64,000 nt of DNA from Eledone cirrhosa. Taxonomy: Eukaryota. Below are positions 58,967-64,000 of this stretch, piece after piece (position 1 is the first letter of the stretch; every line of letters begins with the position of its first letter). A program made the position numbers and the translations under genes. Below the pieces are notes generated by a model, which had not been told where the DNA came from, did no database searches, and saw only the letters and a program-made list of their open reading frames with translations. The stretch spans positions 47,926,001 to 47,990,000 of the forward strand of contig OZ024750.1 in NCBI GenBank assembly GCA_964016885.1, written 5' to 3'.

Positions 58967-59900
58967 GGAGGTGAGTGTTATTGTAGTACAATAAAGCAAT
59001 GCAGATATCGGATAAGAAGCACTCTACAGTTTGTAGGACTGGAGTATACATAATATATAAGAACAAAAGATTGTTAAAAGAGTTCCATGTATTTTATGCG
59101 CATTTCAAAAACAAATATCATCATGCAATAACATTTGTGTTTTCATCAGATAAAATAGGAAGACATGATATTAAGTTTAAAAACACTTGTGGATAGTGCA
59201 GTTTTAAATCAACATATGAAATGTAGTTTTAGATTGATGTGTGATATTGGGGAAAACTTTTTTTGAGGGGTGGGGGTGGGGGGTGGAAATGATGAAAAAG
59301 AGGAGGAGATGAGAGTAACAAGTTGAGGGGGAGGAGTATAATGAGGAAGGATGAGATAGGAGGAGAGATGGGTGATAGATAGAGAGATATCTTTTATAAC
59401 TGAGAAAAATATATTGTTTTACATAGAGAGGTTGGATAACCGTTGGAATATAATGTATAAATTAAAAGAATTTGAAAATTAACGAAGAGAAAAATAATGT
59501 AATGTTAAGGTTTGTATATTGAAGGGTTTAATAATATGTGCGATGAAAAGAAATTGATAATATGTATTAAGAATAATATTTAATGGTTTAATAATATGTG
59601 CGATGGGAAAGAAAATGTTGATATGTGTTATTAAAAAACAAAAGTAATGTAAGTAAGGATATATTGTGAATTGAGCATGAATAAGTTAGATGAAAGTGAG
59701 AAAAAAATAATGAATAGAGGATGAATAATCTAACGTCAAAAAAAAATGTTTATGTTTACGAAGGATTTTTTCAAGGTGATATAAAGTAAGAATATATTGT
59801 ATTGTGTAATCATTGTTTCTATGTTAGGCACAATGAGAAAAGGTACAGATTAGGGATTAGAAATTAAAAGAAAAAGAAAACTTAACATTTAAACTTTACA
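58963..59900 (-). mobile_element. Pseudo-LTR and 3' region of the 47525-47953 family (HHR ~59090-59157 with 3-nt deletion near the cleavage site)
   Basis: 58963-59217 is a close reverse-complement match to 47700-47953; continues into a low-complexity 3' region. Confidence 0.8.
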
Positions 59901-60403
59901 TTTTCTAATTTCTTTGATATTAAATATTAATTATTAATTTTTAACTTCATCCTATAAGTCGAAACAAAAACGTAACGTTCCAATCTTCTGCTCACACACT
60001 ATAACACACTGACCCCCACTATATTTAATTCTGTGAACATTTTTTCGCGCTACTCCTGGCCTTACTGTAGTCTGACATTAATATCGACCTTTCTTCCTCT
60101 TTCTTTCTATCTTTCTTCTTGTAGCCATCAACCCTGACTTTCCTACTTCTTCCTTTTCTTCCTTCTCTTGTCCCTTCTTTCTTTCTTTCTTTCTTTTTTC
60201 TTGTGGCATGATATTAACGCTAACTTATGTTACTATCCCTTTCTGTTTTCCTTTATTTGACCGGTAGTAGCACACTGTAAGCTATAGCAACGTCACTCGA
60301 GGGCGACCTGCAAATGTAGAACGTGCTGGATGGCGGGCGCTCTCGGGTCCTTGATTTTCAGCTCCATGGATTTTATCTATTACATTCACGTATTATATTT
60401 CGA

Positions 60404-60461
60404 ATACCTGATGATATCACCGGATTAATACGGAACCAGGTCATTGAAATGATCATAGTAT
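60404..60461 (+). ncRNA. Type I hammerhead ribozyme followed by AATAAA (end of probable PLE 3' region ~59940-60510)
   Basis: ATAC-CTGATGA-TATCACCGG..CCAGGTCATT-GAAA-TGATCA-TA-GTAT-AATAAA; stem II weak. Confidence 0.75.
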
Positions 60462-60565
60462 AATAAACCTTTCAAGGATTTACACAAATACAGCCTCCTG
60501 TCATTTCATTATAATATTATATATATATATATATGAATATATATATGTATATATATATATTTATT

Positions 60566-62152
60566 TAAAGGTTAAATAAGGTTCAATTAATAAATCAATG
60601 AATACAATTTTACAATAGATTAGAAGCACTCCACAGTATCGGTTTTCCGGGTTATTAATATTAATTCAAAATATTAACAAATATAGACCTTCGTGTGATC
60701 AAGTATATTTTATTATACTTATTTCAGAGGTACTGAGCTATCTTCAACAGTACGTCCTCATCAGATAAAATAAGATGATGCATGACATACCTTGACTAAG
60801 TAGATGGTTAAAAGTCAGTCATGGCAGTGAATAAGATAGGACAAAACTCAATATTTATATACCTTAAGATTGAGGCATGAATAAATTACATATAATACAG
60901 AGGATACGTGTGAGAAAGCTTACATAATAATAAACAATAATAATAAACAATACGTGTGAGAAAGATACATAATAATAAATGACTACTAATATAATATAAA
61001 CCTAGATAACTGTTAGGAATTTAAATAATTTAAATTATGGAAGAAAGAAGAAGTGAAAGACAGAAAGAGAAACCAATTTTTATTTTATGCACGAAAGCAA
61101 AAGAAAATTGATTAAGGATAGAGAGAGGAGGAGAAAATAATTGTTATAGTATAAAACATAGGGAGGGAGATTTGTATTGTCGTGGATAAATAGCCTATAA
61201 TTAGATGATGCAAAAATATATATATAAATATATATTTGGGCATAGCTTTGTGAATGAATAATTTCGAATCGTTAAATTATCTAGAAATAATCAATCAATC
61301 AAAATATCAAATATATATATGGGTGTAGTTATATCACGGTTTATTTTCGAAACCTTAAGTTAATTAGAAATAGTCAATTAATCAAATATATATATCCTAG
61401 CGCATCCGGATGACCGATAAATTTAGAATATTTATGTTACTTAGAAATAGTCAATTAGTCTAATGGCATAATATTTCTGACTATAACATTCATACGGATT
61501 TATATTATAGTATAATATCATATTTAAAGTATTTGCAAACATGAGAAAGAAGAGACTTAAGATTTTCTTCATCCCGAAGGTAATCCAAATTAAATTATAT
61601 TAACAAAATTTGTTTATATTAAAGAAATTTTATATTAAAAAATAATCATTGTATAATTTAGAAAATAATTACAATTATACATTTTAAATTAGAATGCCCT
61701 TAAGTATCCAAAGGCCATACAAGTGTACTTTAAATGTATATTATTAAACTAGATATACGCATTTGTCTAAATGTATACAAATAATACATTGTTTAAAGTT
61801 TAAGACGATATTAGTCAGTTATGTATAATATAATAAATATAATTACTGTTAATAGTGTTAAAAATAAAGTTTTACGTCAAGTATTAAAAAAACAATTCAA
61901 CTAGGATCATGTAATACATATATACTATAAATATACAAATCAAATTTCATGAATCATAAAACACAGATTCATAATAAATAAATGAATGGTTTGCGATCCT
62001 ATAAGTGTCAAATATATAAGCTATATAATTTAAATATACAAGAAAATGTTTAAGGATTTATATTATAGTTTAATATCATATTTAAAGTATAATTTATAAT
62101 GAATTATACTTGATCACACGAATGTCTATATTTGTTAATATTTTGAATTAAT
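60566..62152 (-). mobile_element. AT-rich HHR-bearing non-coding element with ~50-bp terminal inversion and tail; homologous to 12581-14700
   Basis: 60660-60707 mirrored at 62106-62152; tail 60566-60655 matches 25115-25220. Confidence 0.75.
60708..60770 (-). ncRNA. Type I hammerhead ribozyme
   Basis: Minus: TTTTAT-CTGATGA-GGAC GTACTG..CAGTAC CTCT-GAAA-TAAGTA-TA-ATAAAA. Confidence 0.78.
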
Positions 62153-62366
62153 ATATATATAGAGAGAGAGAGAGAGAGTGTGAGAGTGTGAGAGAGAGAG
62201 ATATATAGAGAGAGAGTGAGAGTGAGAAGTTGTTACACAACAGTCAGTTCACCATACTGACATCAATGTTTCCGCTAAGGTGAAACAATTGTTCTCGGTA
62301 TGGCGAACTAACTCGTCCATGGACTGAGTGCTCTGCCACTACGTATATTACCTTCCAGTGTTCTAC

Positions 62367-62418
<52 letters not shown>

Positions 62419-62564
62419 ATACTATTTATAGTTATGTATATGGTATAAACAACTATAAAGAGGAAGGTCAGATGTATAAACATCAGTTGTTTTACAGAGC
62501 AGGAAAATAATTAATAAATAAATAAATTATACAATTATCAAAGTTGTGTTCAAATCATTTAATA

Positions 62565-62609
62565 GCTGACAATCGTTTCTTCCAAACTCTCGTTTGGAGT
62601 CGTCGGAGC
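62565..62609 (-). ncRNA. Minimal hammerhead-like motif (CCGACGA core)
   Basis: Minus: GCT-CCGACGA-C TCCAAAC gaga GTTTGGA A-GAAA-CGATTG-TC-AGC. Confidence 0.62.
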
Positions 62610-62851
62610 ATTGTCAATGTTTGCACATAGAATTAACCTCCTATTCAACTGAACAATAATATAGATACATATAAATTGATGTCGTGAACAATAGTTTTGA
62701 CAGGGCGGAATGGATGTGAGCTATATTTTACGAGAATTGTACAATAATTGTAGCAACATTCAAGTTCAAATTCAAATTCAAATTAATCTAAAATCAAAAT
62801 CAAAATCAATTATTGTTCAGTTGAATAGGAGGTTAATTATATTATATATAT

Positions 62852-63042
62852 ATACGCCCTCATCAGATAAAATATAACTCAATTCCAGGACTGCCAATAC
62901 TGGAATTGAACCATCAATCAATTGAGCTATGTAATACATTGAGGGCGTATTGCAAAAACAGCACAGTACCTCTGAAATATATATAATAAAACACATATTT
63001 TGATTATGTGAACGTATTCATTTATTAATATTTTGTATAATA
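62852..63042. repeat. Decayed inverted pseudo-LTR fragment of the 12581/60655 family
   Basis: tacgccctcatcagataaaat mirrored by tgagggcgta..cagtacctctgaaatatatataataaaa. Confidence 0.6.
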
Positions 63043-63112
63043 CAATATATATACATACATATATATAAAATTATATATATATATGCACACACACACACAT
63101 ATCTATATATGT

Positions 63113-63153
<41 letters not shown>

Positions 63154-64000
63154 CCCTCCAGTTTTTTTCCCATTATATACATGTTTGTGTATATTTTAAT
63201 TATCCCAAAATTATTCTTTGGTGAACGTGACCCAACGTATGATTTAGTATATATATGAAATTATAAACTTACACATATATATTTATATATACATATATAT
63301 ATATACACTCACAAACACACACACACACACACACGCGCATCGATCTCAGCTTAACTTGGAAATATATGCAATCATATTGCTAAAACTAAAACCTTTTATC
63401 CTGTGCACGGCGGATGACTTTCGAATTATTTTTGTTAAAGACTACGTAATTAAAAATACCATTTGAAAAGATTAATTCATCTGAAACATAGAAACTACAA
63501 AATACAAAACGTCTTTTACTCTGTTCTCGTAACCTTGACATTAATACATTAATCTCTTCCATCGATTGCTGTTGGTGCTTTCATCTTTTTAGACCTTAAG
63601 TGTAACACTATATTTTTACCTTGTAACTTATTGATAATTGCAATAAATTCTCTCTAATTAATTTTAATTATTGATATTCTTCCTTACACTTAATTAGTGT
63701 TATCGACTAATTCTATCTTCTTTGTAAATGATTCCCTAGTGTGAAAATGTTGATGTAAACATTCACTTCTAACAATCTTTAGCCTTCTCAAGTTTAGCTA
63801 TACCATTTTTAATCCATGTAATGTACTTCAACAGAGTTTTTAACTAGAGGAATATCACACTTGCATATCTTTACCTTATCAATTAATAATCTAGAGCATA
63901 TTAGCTTGTTTTGTTTTGGTCTTTCGAATTCATCACTTGTTTTCTAATCTACCATGAAGATTATATATTTAATATTTTAAATTCGACACACACTTATATA

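Overview
A repeat-saturated, AT-rich animal window with no recognisable host gene. The tRNA-SINEs, multi-kb (TA)n tracts and LINE spectrum resemble octopod cephalopod DNA (inference, not verified). Nearly all long ORFs are (TA)n artefacts. Real coding remnants are all mobile: Penelope-like elements (PLEs) resembling at least four clades (Neptune 711-1385; Naiad 26340-28620, 34062-34208, 50460-51320; Nematis 40967-41499; Penelope/Poseidon 54379-54597), a near-complete CR1-group LINE ORF2 (44500-47340), RTE fragments and a 1.23-kb Tc1 transposon with DD36E spacing. The main hidden signal is non-coding: about 20 type I hammerhead ribozyme (HHR) loci read by eye. They sit either in 'palindrome plus tail' inverted PLE pseudo-LTR insertions in (TA)n, or in four unrelated ORF-less tandem or terminally redundant units of 637, 688, ~590-610 and 319 nt with one HHR per unit. 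The latter is the architecture expected of circular-RNA retrozymes, and three units are larger than the ~170-400 nt usually described in animals. Three HHRs carry the compensatory U3:A8 core. All folds are manual; no search or folding program was run.
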